Source: Chrysomallon squamiferum (Eukaryota > Animalia > Mollusca). From it: 64,000 nucleotides of DNA. Positions 1-14,796 of this stretch are shown here, piece by piece. The position numbers and the translations under genes were made by a program. The stretch is taken from the NCBI GenBank assembly GCA_012295275.1, contig CM022671.1:21824001-21888000 (forward strand), in the 5' to 3' direction. The number at the start of each line of letters is the position of its first letter. Position 1 is the first letter of the stretch. The notes under the pieces are model-generated. The model saw nothing but the letters and a program-made list of their open reading frames with translations, searched no databases and had not been told where the DNA came from.

Positions 1-236
1 ATATATATATATATATATATAATATAAACACTTTAATTTCTAAATATTTTCATTAATTTAATATTAAAAGACCCAGGATAACAGAAATATAAAAATATTT
101 AAACTGAACTGTTTAAAAATTTTATAACTTTTTCTTCAGTTCTTTTTATTAAAAATATATTAATAAAAATATAAAAAAAAAAAAAAAAAGAAAAAAAAGT
201 TAACTTTGTGTTGTGGAATCAACAGACATTTCTTAC

Positions 237-1322
237 ATTGTTCTTGTAGTCATTATGGATACCTAAAGTCACAGTATACATCTGATGTTTTATCCCATGA
301 TGCTTCATCAGATAGGCCAGATCAACTGTCCAGACACTTCATTGATAATATTCATAATTAGAAAAGTCTTGATGATACATTATAATTTATGTAGTCAATG
401 AAAATATTGATAATTATACAAGAATTAATAATATATTATTTATAGTATGCTTGGTTGGCCCAATTTTTTTATTTTCAGTGGCATTTTGTGCTTTGTTTTT
501 TTGTTCATTTAAATGTTGTTGCTCCTTTTATTATTATTATTATTATTAATATTATTATTATTTAAATTATTTTAAAAATATATTATAAAATATATTTTAA
601 ATATTAACTGTTTCTTTCTTAGTTTCCTTTTAAAAATAATGATGTGAAAAAAAGAACTTCTGACACAATTCCACACCATTATTAAAATTTCAAAAGTTTT
701 TTCCTTTTTCTTTCTTAAGAATAAGTAATGATGAATGATATATCACAATAAAGTAGTTTTTTCCTTGATTGAATTAAGTATTTAAAAAAATTAAAATCTT
801 AAATTCAGTAACTTACTCTTTCCCACATTTTAAATACTCTAGATCATTTGCATAAATGTCTTCTGTATCTTTCCCTAAATATCTGGAGTCAAAAATAAAA
901 AGAATGTTTAAATCTGATTTATAGACACATGCACACACATTCTTAGATTAAGAAAAATAATAATAATACAATTTTTCAAACAAAAACAATAAAAGCATGA
1001 AATTATTAAAAACAATTGGGATATATAATAATTGAGAAAAAAATCATTAAAATCATAAATGATGTAAACTTACATTACTTGTAACAGAATGTTTAGAGAC
1101 ATCAGATCACGAACAGAAAAATAAAATAAAATAAAATTAATTAATAAAAATCAAATAAAACAGCATATGAATTTTGAATATCATAACTGCTGTTGAATTA
1201 TCCGAATCCAAACTGATACATCTAATTTACATACCTAAACACCATTGTAACACAGGCCAGACCACAGTCCCAGTCATATTTCTGTTTTATGTGCGGAACA
1301 TCAATGATAAACTGTCTTCCTT
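237..1322 (-). CDS. GUCD1: GUCD1 (C22orf13-like) homologue, three internal exons: 1322-1235, 882-817, 336-237; start exon not identified, gene continues off the left edge
   Basis: Spliced translation GRQFIIDVPHIKQKYDWDCGLACVTMVFR/YLGKDTEDIYANDLEYLKCGK/DVWTVDLAYLMKHHGIKHQMYTVTLGIHNDYKNN matches recalled GUCD1 motifs (VP.I.Q.Y.WDCGLAC..MV.RYLG; WT.DLAYLM...G..H...T.TLG....YKN). GT-AG boundaries with consistent phases. Confidence 0.88.
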
Positions 1323-1815
1323 CTGAAATGAATCATTTATTCCAATTCATCCTACAGGGTTTTTTCTTTGTTAATTTTTATTCTTTAACTTCAAGTTTTC
1401 TTTTTTCTGGTTTTTTTTTTTTTTTTTTTTTTTCATTTGTTTTTTTTTTTTTTTTATAATTGGTTTCTTTTAATATTTATTATCATTTTTAAAAAAGAAA
1501 GAAGTTAAGTTTGATCATTATTATTATAAATTAAATTAACTGCAAGATATTATTTTATGCTCCACTCATGTTTTATTATTGTTGTTTTGTTTTATTTATT
1601 TGTTTGTTTGTTTACATAAATTTATACTGTAAAGCAATTTAGTTTTAAATGACTATATAATATATGAATTACCCTAAGCTGAGCGCTTCGACATAACATT
1701 CCGGCTAGCTAATTAATAGTTTTCATTTAAAACGAAAATAAGGAATTCCTTCATTGTATAATAATTATTATGCAGACACGTTTCAGAAATTCATTTCCTG
1801 GATATACTACAACAG

Positions 1816-1876
<61 letters not shown>

Positions 1877-2813
1877 TAATAATAAAGTAATAAAGAAAAG
1901 TTATGACACCAGTTAAGTAACGGAAACATGTTAACCACGATATTACAGGCGACAATATATTATTACGCCAGCTTTTATAGACTTAAACATCGTCAGCATA
2001 CCTGCATTCCAAGATATAACCTTTTAATAATTTTGTTACCTTTCATGTTATCATTCATGACTGAAATAATTCCGCACATATTAACGGATCCATATTAATT
2101 TGACTGAAATGATGAAAAAATCATTTTATAATTACATTATTTCTGCTTTGCCATTATTTACATTTTGGTCTTTACTGAACCGGTGCAACAAATATAGTGT
2201 GCCATGTCGGAATACACACAGAGGCGCTACGCAATTTATGAATGTACCGTATGCTAAATGGATAAAAGGTTTACATATTAGGTGCTGACATTTCATTGTA
2301 TTGTTACACCATGAAATTAAATGCAAAAGTATATTGACCTTTTGCACGAAGAATGTACGTAACCAAATTTATAAGCAGACAAGAATTGTTACAAATATCG
2401 GTTTACCATGGACTCGATGCACTGAAGTGAAAAACACCAATACAAATAAATATATGTGACTATATACTGATCTAAGAAAGTGTAATGTTTTTTTTTCGTC
2501 AAAGCTTTGACTTTTTATTTTGAATATATATAATAATTTATTAGTAAACCTTTTATTTCTTATTCGATATTAACATTAAGTTCATCTGGAAAATACGGAA
2601 ATGAAATTATTATCACTTATACAAATAAGTTTGAATTGTTATTATTATTATTATTATTATTATTTTATTTATTTATTTATTTATTTATTTATGTTTCATA
2701 CCAAATATTTCAACCAATATAAAATACTTTCTAAATCCCTAGAATAAACTAGATTTAAACGTATTAATAGTGAGATAAAATTCAGTGTTATGACAATAAC
2801 GTATCTACCTGAA

Positions 2814-2877
<64 letters not shown>

Positions 2878-3243
2878 GACAGGCAGAGAGATTAATAATG
2901 GACTAATATATATGTGTGTGTGTTTGTGTGCAACACGAATTTAGCATTTTGTGTGAGTTCACTTGCATATTAATATTAAATGAACATTACTGCGTTACTG
3001 CACCATCATACTTTCCTGCATTCGTACTACCATCGCAATTCTTGTTCTATGACTCAGATGTCGAATCACGGCGTCTAAACACCCCCAGTTTGACACGTAA
3101 TTAACATGTCAGACTATAATTACAGAGAAATATGCATTTAGTAATTAAATCACTCCGATTCAAATAAAACGGCAACTTTCACGGTCTTGCATCCGGTTCA
3201 AAGAAAAATCAGGGAACATTTATTGTTACAGATCTGGAAGACA

Positions 3244-3716
3244 ATGTTTCGTTCAACGTCAGTTCTTTTGGTTCTCGTTCCGTTTCTGTTTGCTGGTTCT
3301 CTAAACGGTGAATTAGGTAAGTCTCGCTGACTTTTTGTATTTGGGTTAGACATTCGCATAATACACACGCACGCATATACACGCACACACGTACGCATAA
3401 ATATTCAGCTTTATAAACTGGAGTTTTTAAGGGTTTTCTTGTTGTTTTTATTTATTTATTTATTTATTTATTTATTATTATTATTATTATTATTTATTTT
3501 TTTGTTTATTAATTTTAAGAATACTTTTGTATTTTTCTTTTAAATAATATATATTATTTATTCTTTTAAACTGTTTAATGCTTTATAATATTTTTTACTT
3601 TTTTATGTTTTTGTTTTTTAAATATATTTTTATAGCTACGAAATTCATCACTGCAAACCTTGGAGAGAGGGTAGTTCTTCCATGTTTCATCAAAGGTTGG
3701 TATTCATCTAAAATGT

Positions 3717-3778
<62 letters not shown>

Positions 3779-4441
3779 GGTAATAGCTGGATGGACAGAC
3801 AGACAGAGCGATAAATCAGTAACTGAATTTAATTACCTATATACAGGCATACGTAAATAATGTCAGTTATATATGCAGTTACAAGAATACAAATGTAACA
3901 AAAGTGGCGAAACTGCAGATCGAGGAAAAGCGTTTTCCTTTGACATTTAGGGCGCGATTCGCAGAAATATATTGGCGGGACTTTTGTGGATGGCAATTAA
4001 TGTTGTAAGGTGGCAACTCAGTAAATAATACTAATTTTACTGTTTTGCTTTTCTAAGGATACTGTCCATGTTTAAATCAGAGATAAATAAACAATAAAAA
4101 ATACTTTTCTTCCTCTTTTATTTGTATTTCTGGCAGTCTCGTGGCAACTTTTGGCAGTTTTGAGCCGCTCAAATAACTGATTTTTATTTTTACGTCAAGC
4201 ACGTTTAGCCATGCCCTCCATATAAATTTTAATTTGAAAAAAAACACAATAAAAAACAAAACTGGTCAAGTGCAAGTTCGGTTGAAAAAGGTCAGTAATC
4301 TATAATAACTGTGAAATATAATTGCAATACAACTAAATGTTCACTGTTTGACATCAATTACGTGTAAATGAGCTGATATAAAATTCAAATGACTGCACAA
4401 TCTTTTTGTTATTAAAAATATAATTGTATTGTTGTTCATGG

Positions 4442-4483
<42 letters not shown>

Positions 4484-4802
4484 CTTTAAATTTATGTATG
4501 CTGATTTTTTGCACTTCATATATACTGATCCGTGGAAAAAGGTTATTATGGTTTTCCCATTTTTCTGAGCTTTGGACCACCCCCACCCCCAAATTTCTCC
4601 ATCCAGGTTACCGGGTTTATCGAAATCCCGTTAATCAAATATTATAGGCCCTAATTAATGGTAAAAATTATAACTGATCCTCGATCGTTCTATTCAGCTA
4701 CCTAAATATATTCAATATACTTATCTTGAAATGAAAAGGCAAAATACTTATATATTTATTAATCAAAAACTAGTAGTTTGAGTGATTGTTTACGCACTTT
4801 TA

Positions 4803-4840
<38 letters not shown>

Positions 4841-5728
4841 ATAAAGAGTATTTTGAATAGCTTTATCTTTTTTCTCTCCATAAATTCTGCGGTAGCGCTC
4901 TATCTCTTTTTCTAAAATTTAGCAAACTAGTTGATTCTTCGAACGCACCCTACTACAGCGCTTGTGTTTGCATTCACGAAGGTAATTCAAGTAAGTGTTA
5001 TTAGTTGCTACGTTTGAATGCTCCCTCCTAGTGACGTTTGCTTGTTTTAACGCGGGAAATTCGAAAGTGTGTTAATCACGATCTTTACTGTGCGCATCAA
5101 AGGAATGTTGCAGTTAATATTATCGCGTTAATTGTGTAAAGCGAAATCGCGTTAAACTATTTAGAACTGTGTACGGTTCATTATCAATAAATTATTTATT
5201 TACTTTGAAATACTAAAGGAACAGAGGCAGGCACAGACCTGTAAATATATGTTACATGTTTCCTGCTCAGTAAGTATTTATTCTTTACTCTGTTTAGAAG
5301 AATTAAAAATAAAACAAAGGAAAACGAAATTAACCTACAGTTACATGCATGTTATTTTATTAATATTTTCTTTTTATTTATTTTTAACATTAGAGTTTAA
5401 ATTATTATTATAGTTCTTGTTGTTATTATTTTTTTATTGATCAGATGTCGACAATGGAGCTTGGAGTTTTGTTCCTAGTGCTAGGAGAGGAATGTTACTA
5501 TATTTAGGCAGAAGCAGCATCGGAGAAAACGCCCGCCATTTTCTCAGTGCCATGAACGGAGCTTACAGTTTGGAAATCCTCGGCGTACTTCCTAAGGACA
5601 TGGGACTTTACAGGTGCCAGTACTTTGACGGTAGCTCTATAAGAAATGTCGTGTCGTACAGTGTGGAATTAAAACGTCAAGGAACTACCTTCAGATCCCG
5701 ATATCGCCTTCTACCAAAATATAACTAA
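3244..5728 (+). CDS. Secreted single immunoglobulin (V-type) domain protein, about 138 aa; exons 3244-3316, 3636-3695, 5445-5728
   Basis: Signal peptide MFRSTSVLLVLVPFLFAGSLNG; ITANLGERVVLPC (B-strand Cys), Trp 10 residues later, YSLEILGVLPKDMGLYRC (D-x-G-x-Y-x-C). Two phase-1 GT-AG introns; exon lengths sum to 417 nt, in frame to TAA. Confidence 0.85.
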
Positions 5729-5779
5729 TTCTTTAACCACCAACATTAATACTCCAGCGTGCAAACTACAAACCATGTG

Positions 5780-5830
<51 letters not shown>

Positions 5831-5859
5831 CAGTAAAGGCGAATAAATAATGTTGTTTC

Positions 5860-6040
5860 ATTGCACCCTGTGGAATTATATACATGTAATTATGTAAAGC
5901 ACCTTTTCATGATTCTCGATGGTGACACAGTCGCTGTTTCTGAAATTGTTCATCTTTCCATGAATATTAATATTTAATTCAGCACAGGCCACCTGTCCTT
6001 TGTACTGGACTCCGTTTCAAGAATCATGTTGCGTCATTCT
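5860..6040 (+). pseudogene. Truncated duplicate of C-type lectin intron 1 end and exon 2 start
   Basis: ttcag|cacaggccacctgtcctttgtactggactccgtttcaagaatcatgt (acceptor ends 5982) is near-identical to 8796-8850, then similarity stops; upstream intron sequence also resembles 8690-8790. Confidence 0.75.
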
Positions 6041-6756
6041 CATACTGTGTGCCAAAGACAGACATTTTATTAACTTTCCTGTTAACTTTAGTATATATTA
6101 TAGTTTAAGAAGAATAAATTATTTAATTTCGATGGAAATTTTCCAGATCTAATCGACATTCAGTAAGTGGCAGCAGCATAAATATTACATTTCTTAAATG
6201 CATGAATTAAAAGTTATATTTTTTGAAGGAGGAATAAAAGCAAAATTTTGTTAAATGACTCAAATGTTGTTTCTGTTGTTATTATATTAATTCATTTATT
6301 TATGTATGTATGTATTTATTATTATTATTATTATTTATTATTATGATTATTATTATTATTGATTATTATTATTATTATTATTACTATAAGATTAAAGTTT
6401 TTAGTAACAGACGTATACACCCATCAACCCCCCCCCAAAAGAAAAAAAAAAAATATAATATATTTAGTGGTTTGAACCAAACAATCTCTGCAAAGATCAG
6501 AAGGAGTTAATTTTTATTTTATTTTACTAAGCATTTTTTCCCATTCTGGGCTCAAAATCTTCGAAATTTAAAAAATAACTTTCTGGTTTCTTGATTCGTT
6601 GTTATGAGTTCACTAACTGTAAACACAGTCACCCATATACGGTGATGTTACTTTGCAGTGTTTATGTGCGTGTATAGGTGCGTGCACGTTCGTGTACGAC
6701 AGAGATTCATAGATAAATGGATAAATAGACATATATATATATATAAACATGTGGAT

Positions 6757-6879
<123 letters not shown>

Positions 6880-7091
6880 ATATCTTTGTCAACGTGTAGA
6901 TGCATATTTTCGTCAAAATGGTTTAAAGATGAGACCTCACTGTTGAATAACTAAAACCAGAAACTGTGGAGTTAGCAGGTTATTGGGCTGGGAAGAAACA
7001 TATGCTTTTTATGAAGATAAACACCACGTCTGGAAATTATAGCCCCTATTAGTGACTGGTCAAAGAGGACATTGAGATTATTAATATAACA

Positions 7092-8601
7092 ATGTCTTTT
7101 ATTGTTTTGTCAGGATTGTTTCTAGTGCTATGTACCACAGGTATGTCACCAGTATTTCGAAACAAGTAATTACTTTAATCATAAAGTTTTCATTTGTTTG
7201 CACTGTTTACATACCATTTTTTTTTTTTTTTATTTTTTACTAATGATTATCCACATGTTTGAAAATATATTTAAATAGTTCCCATAGTTATCAGAAGAAT
7301 TAAAAAAAATAGCTTATATTAAGTATGGCCAGCGAATTATTTTATTTAGTTACTGACGATTCAGTTTTTGCTAATTATAAAGTTTGACGGTAAAATAACG
7401 AGCTCTTAAAAATGATTATGATTTAATCTATTACTATGTTTTGAATGATACACTGATGAAATTTGAGCACATTAATTACTGAAAGACGTTTTTTTATGAA
7501 ACCGTAACCAACTGTCGATGACCTCATTATCGTTTTAAGGACGGTCGTATTAAAACAATCAAGATGATTTCTTCACCTAAAATATATATATATACAGTGG
7601 TACCTCGACTTACGAGTGTCCCAACTTAAAAGTTTTACGAGTTACCTGCAGTCGCTTGGTCGATTTTTGGCTTTGAGTTGCGAGCCGAAATCCCAGTTAC
7701 GAGCGAGTGTCTCACTCGTTTACTTCACGTGCTTACCTCGCCATGGAAGCATCTCTGCTGTGTTGTGCTCGCTTTTTGTGCGGTATTTTGCCAAAATTTT
7801 CATGGATCCTAAGAAAATGAGTGCAAAGGACAGTTCTCAGAAGAAGAAGCGGATGATGTCCATTGAATTAAAGCATGAAATCATAGAAAAACATGAGTGA
7901 GGTGTGCGTGTAGTCAACATGGCTAGGCAGTACGAGCGTAGTACTTTTACGACATGTACCATAGCAGGAGTCGATAAAGGGTGTAACTCCAGCTAAAGGC
8001 GTTAAAATAATTTATAAACTGCGGACCTCTGTCCACGAAAAGATGGAACGGATTAATGGTATTTCAGTTAATTTCATTTTGGAAAATTGATTTGATATAC
8101 GAGGTAATTGAGTTACGAGTTCGGTCATGGACCGAATTAAATTGGTAAATCAAGGTACCACGGCATATATATATATATACTGTGATAAGTCTTCCATTAA
8201 CTCTAACCTTTGCGATAAGTTTACCATTTTTATGTGAGTGAAGATTAAATCCTGTGTTAATATAATAATAATTATAATAATATTATATAACGAAATTTTT
8301 TAAATAGATAGATAATACAACCAGTGTCAGACCCTATATAAATACAAACATACACACACATCCACACCCATACATACACAAAGCACAGACAGACAGAGAG
8401 AGAGAGAGTCGAAATGAAATGTTATATGCATATGTACATATTTCACTACATTTTAATGTTTAACATATAATACAGCGAAAGTAACGCCTTTTTTATTTCT
8501 GTTTTTGTCGTTTTATACTGTAAAACGTTCTGTTAAATAATGTATTTTAGTTTTAAATTATATAAATTGGTATTAATAAAAAAAATTACACGTGAGTGTG
8601 T

Positions 8602-8664
<63 letters not shown>

Positions 8665-9835
8665 CATGTACATATTTAGTATGTTATTTCGGCGCACCCT
8701 GTGCAATCATACAAATGTAATTGTGTAAATTATATTCCTCGCTGATAACAAAACTCGCTATTTCTGACTATGAATAGTTTTAATATTTATTTCAGCACAA
8801 GCCACGTGTCCTTTGTACTGGACTCCGTTTCAAGAATCATGTTACGTCATTTTACAAGATCACCAATCGTGGGCCTCGGCCATGGTAAAATACACCCATA
8901 AAAATACATATTGTATTGTACAGACATACATACTGTGATGTACTCAGATACGTATATCAGTATACATACTTACATATTATGTTACATTCACATACAAAAC
9001 AACGCGCACACACACATAATTGAACTAATTCTAAAGAACTTTCTCTGACCTTTGCGATAAGCTGAACTGGTTTTTATCTGAGTGTAGATTAAATCCTGCT
9101 TAACAACTACGACAGTAATAATAATAATAATAATCAGGATGTAAGATAAAGTCCAAAAGTGTTGAGCTATACATATCAAGCCACAAACATATTAAACCAA
9201 TACATTAAACTTTTTAATGTATGCGAAATGGAAACAAAGAAAATTTCTTTCTATTTTGTTTTGTTCTGATTAAAGTTAATTTTTAAAATGTGCCTAATTA
9301 TAACCTGAAACCTACTACAACACAAAATAGAATCCAGTTGATTGAAACTCTTTTAAATTTTAAAAGATGTTTTACTTATCTGTTATCTTTAAACTATTTT
9401 AAGAAACACATACTATTAATTTTCTATGAATTTTCTTCAGGAGTATATACAAGAGAGACTCCAAAACACTTAGAAGTTACCAAATACTTATATAATTTAT
9501 TTAAAGGCAATGTGTCAGGCATATGGATCATATCTGGTTGAAATCTTATCCGAGGAAGAGAATGACTTTGTACTGGGAATGATTCGAGAAACTCATTGTA
9601 AGTAAATTAACACGTTACAAATTAAATAAATGATTACGAAATAATTGCTTGTTTGTATCTGTTTCCTTCTGTGTGTTTCCTTCTATGTATGCAAATCCAA
9701 AAATCCGTCAGCCAGTGTCTTTGTCTGCGTGTATAAGCAATATGTTGTTCTGTCTAACAAATATGAAAAATACCAACCTTTATCAATTTATCTTTGAACG
9801 TCTGTACCTCTGTTGCTGTCTCTTACACACAAAAA

Positions 9836-9878
<43 letters not shown>

Positions 9879-10389
9879 TACATATGTATGTAGAAAAAAA
9901 TACATGCATATATATGTCTGTCTGAGTGTTTGTGTGTGTATGTGTGTGTGTGTGTCTACATATGTATGTAGAAAAAAAATACATACATATATATGTCTGT
10001 CTGAGTGTTTGTGTGTGTATATATGTGTGTGTGTGTGTATATATATATACACACATTTATACACACACACCCACACACACATAGCTGCTATCAGTTTTGC
10101 TTTATGATCACGTTTACAGCACCTATCTGGGGCCACTGGCTGGGAGCCACAGACGAGTACAGTGAGAGTCACTGGGTTTGGAGCCACAGTGGAAAGTAAA
10201 TGTGAAATTACAAAAACAGTGACTGGGTGTTTATTTAACCATAAACACATAATCACACAAACATACACACACAGTACATATAAACAAACATGCATGCCTA
10301 TACACACATACCTATGTTCATACATATATACATACACACAAGACATACATATATAGATAGACGCACACACACATATGCATGCATGTTAA

Positions 10390-10428
<39 letters not shown>

Positions 10429-11290
10429 TACATACACACACATACACACACACTCTCTCACGCCATGTATAATCTCTAAATCAACTTATCATTCAGAGCC
10501 TTGTATTACAACAACTGGGAAACAAACCAACCTGACAATTACCGCTCTCAGCAGCACTGTGCGGTCATACATAACGACGGACAGTGGGACGATGGCGAAT
10601 GTGACTTAACTCTAAAAGGCATTTGTGAAATGGCGTGAGTCGTTCACTAGTGACACAGAAATTATATTTGATATTCATTTTCTTTCTTTTCTTCTTAATT
10701 ACATTGTATTGTAGTGTAGTGTACTATGATATATTTTGATCCTATTATATTATATTATATTATTGGTGTTGTTAACAGTAGTACTACTACTAATAATAAT
10801 CATGATGGTGATTATACTGATAATAATATTCTTCTTCTTCTTCGTTTTTCTTCTTCTTCTTCTTCTTCTTCTTCTTCTGTATTATATAATTTCTTCGGTT
10901 ATTTTTCAAACTTAGGATTTGAAAATGGGCATTAAAATTCAAAGTAAATTGAGAAAGGCTGTCTGCAGAGGTGTTTACTGAGCGCCTATATTATATTATA
11001 TTTTATTATATTATTGTTGTTGTTAACAGTAATACTAATAATAATGATGGTGATTATGACGTTAATGATGCTCATAATAATACTATTCTTCTTCATTTTC
11101 TTCTTCTTCTTCTTATTGTTGTTGTTGCTGCTGCTTCCTCTGCCATTGTTACATGCGGATTCTGTTTTGTGGATGCCGTAACCAGTTTTCTTTATTAAGG
11201 TACAAAAAGGTGTTACGCTCCTGTTTTCAGTTAACAGTTTCTGCTGATTTCTCTTTCAGGGCAACTCCTGACGCGGCCGTAGGAAAATAA
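7092..11290 (+). CDS. Secreted C-type lectin (perlucin-like, QPD/WDD), about 157 aa; exons 7092-7140, 8796-8884, 9507-9597, 10120-10195, 10497-10634, 11260-11290
   Basis: MSFIVLSGLFLVLCTTAQA-TCPLYWTPFQESCY...WASAMAMCQAYGSYLVEILSEEENDFV...WLGATDEYSESHWVWSHSGKALYYNNWETNQPDNYRSQQHCAVIHNDGQWDDGECDLTLKGICEMAATPDAAVGK*. Long-form CTLD cysteines, all phases consistent (474 nt). If the last intron is unspliced the ORF stops at 10638. Confidence 0.9.
7595..8163 (+). mobile_element. Internally deleted Tigger/pogo-like (Tc1-mariner superfamily) DNA transposon in lectin intron 1
   Basis: TA|CAGTGGTACCTCGACTTAC left end and degenerate inverted copy GTAAATCAAGGTACCACGG at right; encodes a decayed CENP-B-type HTH N-terminus MDPKKMSAKDSSQKKKRMMSIELKHEIIEKHE*GVRV (from 7802). 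Confidence 0.8.
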
Positions 11291-11736
11291 AACAAGTGAC
11301 AAGTTTTTGAAGTGAGGAGCATGTACAGCAAATAAAAATTACATCTGTTTCCGCTTTTGTCTGAAATATAAATTTTATTTTATTTAAATTTATGTATTCC
11401 CACTTTTAAAAAATACATTATTTGACAAATAGCTTTTTTTAATTAAAATTTGACAGTAATTACTGGGGAGAAATCGTAAATATTGAACAGATGCTACATT
11501 AAGGTATAACATATCTTTCTATGTCTGATCATTTATGATTATTAATAACATCTATCTAGTATTGTAATATTAGAGCGGTAATGTTCCAGCCTACCTGTGT
11601 CATTAAAATAATGGGTATGGAAACAGTAAAAAACTGTATAATATTCATCTCAATTACAACTGTTAATATAAATTTGAGAAATAAAAGCGGATCAAATGTC
11701 TTTTCTTTTAAATATTCTCTTTATATATATCTATAT

Positions 11737-11795
<59 letters not shown>

Positions 11796-12657
11796 GGTGT
11801 GTGTCGGTGTGTGTATGTGTGTGTAGACACAGAGAGAGAGAGAGAGAGAGAAATTAATTACGCTATTTTACTCCTTTATAAGTGGTGCTTTGATGCGTAT
11901 TTGGCTGACCGATAACTGGACAGTAAATATATGACGTAATGACGTAATAAATAGTGGTAGCGCTCAAATTTCTAAACGTATTCTTTTGTTCTTCTTATAC
12001 GTCGTTATTAATAAAAGCTATTATAAACTTTAAAATAATAAATAATATATAAATAGTGAGATAAATGAACATGTAATTACTATCAGTTATTTAATTATAA
12101 AAAAGAAGTGTAATAAAATAATAAGAGTAAACATTAATTAAACATTAATTAAAAATTATATTCACAGAGAGAGACGAACAGAGAAAGAGACACACGAATA
12201 GAGAGAGGGACTGATTAACATAAATCAAAGGTTAAACGTACATCTATGCCTACCTACCTATATATATATCTACTTATCTGCACACATACATACATACATA
12301 CATACATACATACATACATACACATATACGTACTTAAAACAACAGAGTATCAGTTCCTAAATACACTCGATTCTCTAAACAAAATAAAGATTAGATTTGT
12401 TTAATAGCAGAGATTACAGTAAAGTTTAAAAACAAGCGCACACTATGCTAGTAAGAAGTAAAGAAAGGAAAAAGCTCGTCCAACCCTCAAAACAATCTAA
12501 CAACAGAGGAAGATGAGAGAAAAACAGATTTAAAACAACCAATTGGAAAAAACCACACGCACACATATATGTTTGCACTTACCTGTTTGGTTGTTTTAAA
12601 ATATTCATGTAATTCTAGATTCTATATCCAAATGTATATAATACCTGCGGCATGATT

Positions 12658-12704
12658 TGAATAAAAGGAAGAACGTGGCACACTGTTTGATTGCATATCT
12701 GCAG
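12658..12704 (+). promoter_or_regulatory. Putative core promoter and short non-coding exon 1 of gene A
   Basis: TGAATAAAAGG TATA-like box followed about 45 nt later by CAG|GTAAGT donor (12705); same arrangement precedes every intact paralogue. Confidence 0.55.
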
Positions 12705-13615
12705 GTAAGTTGAACATGAATTTCCATTTATATATATTTTACGTATATATATATAAAATATACTATGTACATAAGTACATAAATACAGACAGACAAACAG
12801 AGAGAAGCACGCATGCATATATATACATACATACGTATTTATATTTATTATTTATATTTTTCTCTTTGTCTTTATCTCTCTCTCTCTCTCTTTCTCTTTC
12901 TGATCCTTATTTGAATAGAAATAAGTTTTTATTATTCAGTAGAAGGACGTACAACCCAAAGAGGTATAAAGGCAATTTATTTAAATTTAGTCAGTTAAAA
13001 ATGTTGTAATAGATCAGTGTCGTCACATTAAAGTAGAACTTGGCGCCAGTATTAATTTCCATTCCTTAACATATTAATATATTAAAAAAGTTTTATAAAC
13101 GTCATACTGACGATGAGTTTCGCTTATAAAGGTGTCAAAATTAACATTATTTGAATTTAGCACTTTAACAGAAAAAGAGTTTCAAGAATTATCATAGAAA
13201 AGTGAAACAAAAGCGTAAATGATATTTTTACATCGTTTTATAAACCCAGTCACTTAGCCTTTTGCATACTCTAACTATTTTAGACCTTTTTTGTTTGATT
13301 GTTTTGATTTTTTTTGTCGATCAAATATGTAACGATCTCTTCTGAAATGCTTTGTCCCAATAACTAACAACATCTTCATAGCTTTAATGTATAAGATTGT
13401 TCGTTACAGTAAAATTTAATCTCTTGGCATATGTATTCATTCATATGTTAACCGACCACAAATAGAATTATTTATTTGAAGTGTCATATTTCTCTCACAC
13501 ATTTAAATATTTATATTTTAAATTACTTGCCATAGAAAATCCTTTATTTAAACGAGAGTAATGTGATGGAGGAAGCGTATTAGCGGTCAAGTACGTAATT
13601 TTGTTTTGTACAGAA

Positions 13616-14352
13616 ATGAAGCTAGCACTGTGTCTTCTGTCACTTTTGTTGATGGCGAATATCCTCTTCGACTGGGTTGGCGCATATCCCAACTTACAAA
13701 TTATATCGGGAATAACAAAATGCAAACGAGGCAATACCATGATGATCGCATACTACCATAAGAGAACTATGAGAGTAAGGGGTGCCTGGTGTGGTGATAA
13801 GGTGAGTTTCAAAAAGAGCCAGTTTCAAAATTCATTAGACATAATTCAAAGTCATAATTAGCCCGAATTTCTCCATTTCCTCCTAAAAAAACAATATTTG
13901 ATCGACAATTCTGTCAATAAAGTATTGTATAATTTTGTTGCTAGCTGTCTGCCTGTTTGTCTATACGTATCTATTTTTCTTTCTACCTGCTCTCACCACT
14001 GCCCTTTTCCCTTGCATCTTTCGTACATATGTCTCTCAGTATATGTATGTGTGTGTGTGTGTGTTTGTGTGTGTCTGTGTTTTTGGTGTGTGAGTGTGTG
14101 AATGATTGTCTGTATTTCTATTTCTCTTTATCAGCTGATATATTTAATCGTTTACAGGTTTTGAAATGCCGCGTTAAAAACGTATTCTTCCATAGACAGA
14201 GAAGGTATATACGCGTACACATCTGTTCCGTCAAAGGTCGCACTGGAACGCTTACCATTTCGTATAAGAACGGCACAGTGTGTCACAAAAGTTACGACTC
14301 TGTTACTTACGTCAACTGCAATCGAAAGTTAAGTGTCTGCGGACATAAGTAA
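13616..14352 (+). CDS. Secreted Cys-framework family gene A, 126 aa, strongly cationic; exons 13616-13801, 14158-14352
   Basis: tacag|aaATG; MKLALCLLSLLLMANILFDWVGA-YPNLQIISGITKCKRGNTMMIAYYHKRTMRVRGAWCGDK|VLKCRVKNVFFHRQRRYIRVHICSVKGRTGTLTISYKNGTVCHKSYDSVTYVNCNRKLSVCGHK*; donor GTGAGT, phase 0; 7 Cys in the mature part. Confidence 0.85.
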
Positions 14353-14510
14353 TGAAACTGAATAAATTATCTATGGACGCAGTAGAGAACAGTTCAAAAC
14401 GTGAAGCATTTTATTTTGTTTGTGACATATATATTGGTATTAATTCAAAATACAACGACAGTGACTACGACGATGATGATGATTGTTGTTGTTGTTATTA
14501 TTATTATTAT

Positions 14511-14548
<38 letters not shown>

Positions 14549-14752
14549 ATAGTAGTAGTAGTGTTGGTACAGCAGTACCAAAACACTCCTCCAGAAAGAT
14601 CACGTCCCCATATATCTAAACCGTTGTTATGAGTTGTATCATTATGTTAAACAGTAAGGATATTAATAATTCCTTTCTTAACGTTCTTTTATCTCATATG
14701 AACTATTTAAATTGATGTAATGTATGAATGTGTGTGTTTGTGCGCGCATGAG

Positions 14753-14796
<44 letters not shown>

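Noticed and set aside
3890-5170. GC-richer patches (GTGGCAAC, ATCGCGTTAA) in Ig intron 2 as defined transposons
   Set aside because: Likely element fragments, but no paired termini or target duplications could be established.
9441-9541. ttcttcag acceptor at 9440 as lectin exon 3 start
   Set aside because: It is in frame with 9507 but adds 22 residues inside the W-x-x-A-x-x-x-C motif; the 9507 acceptor restores canonical spacing.
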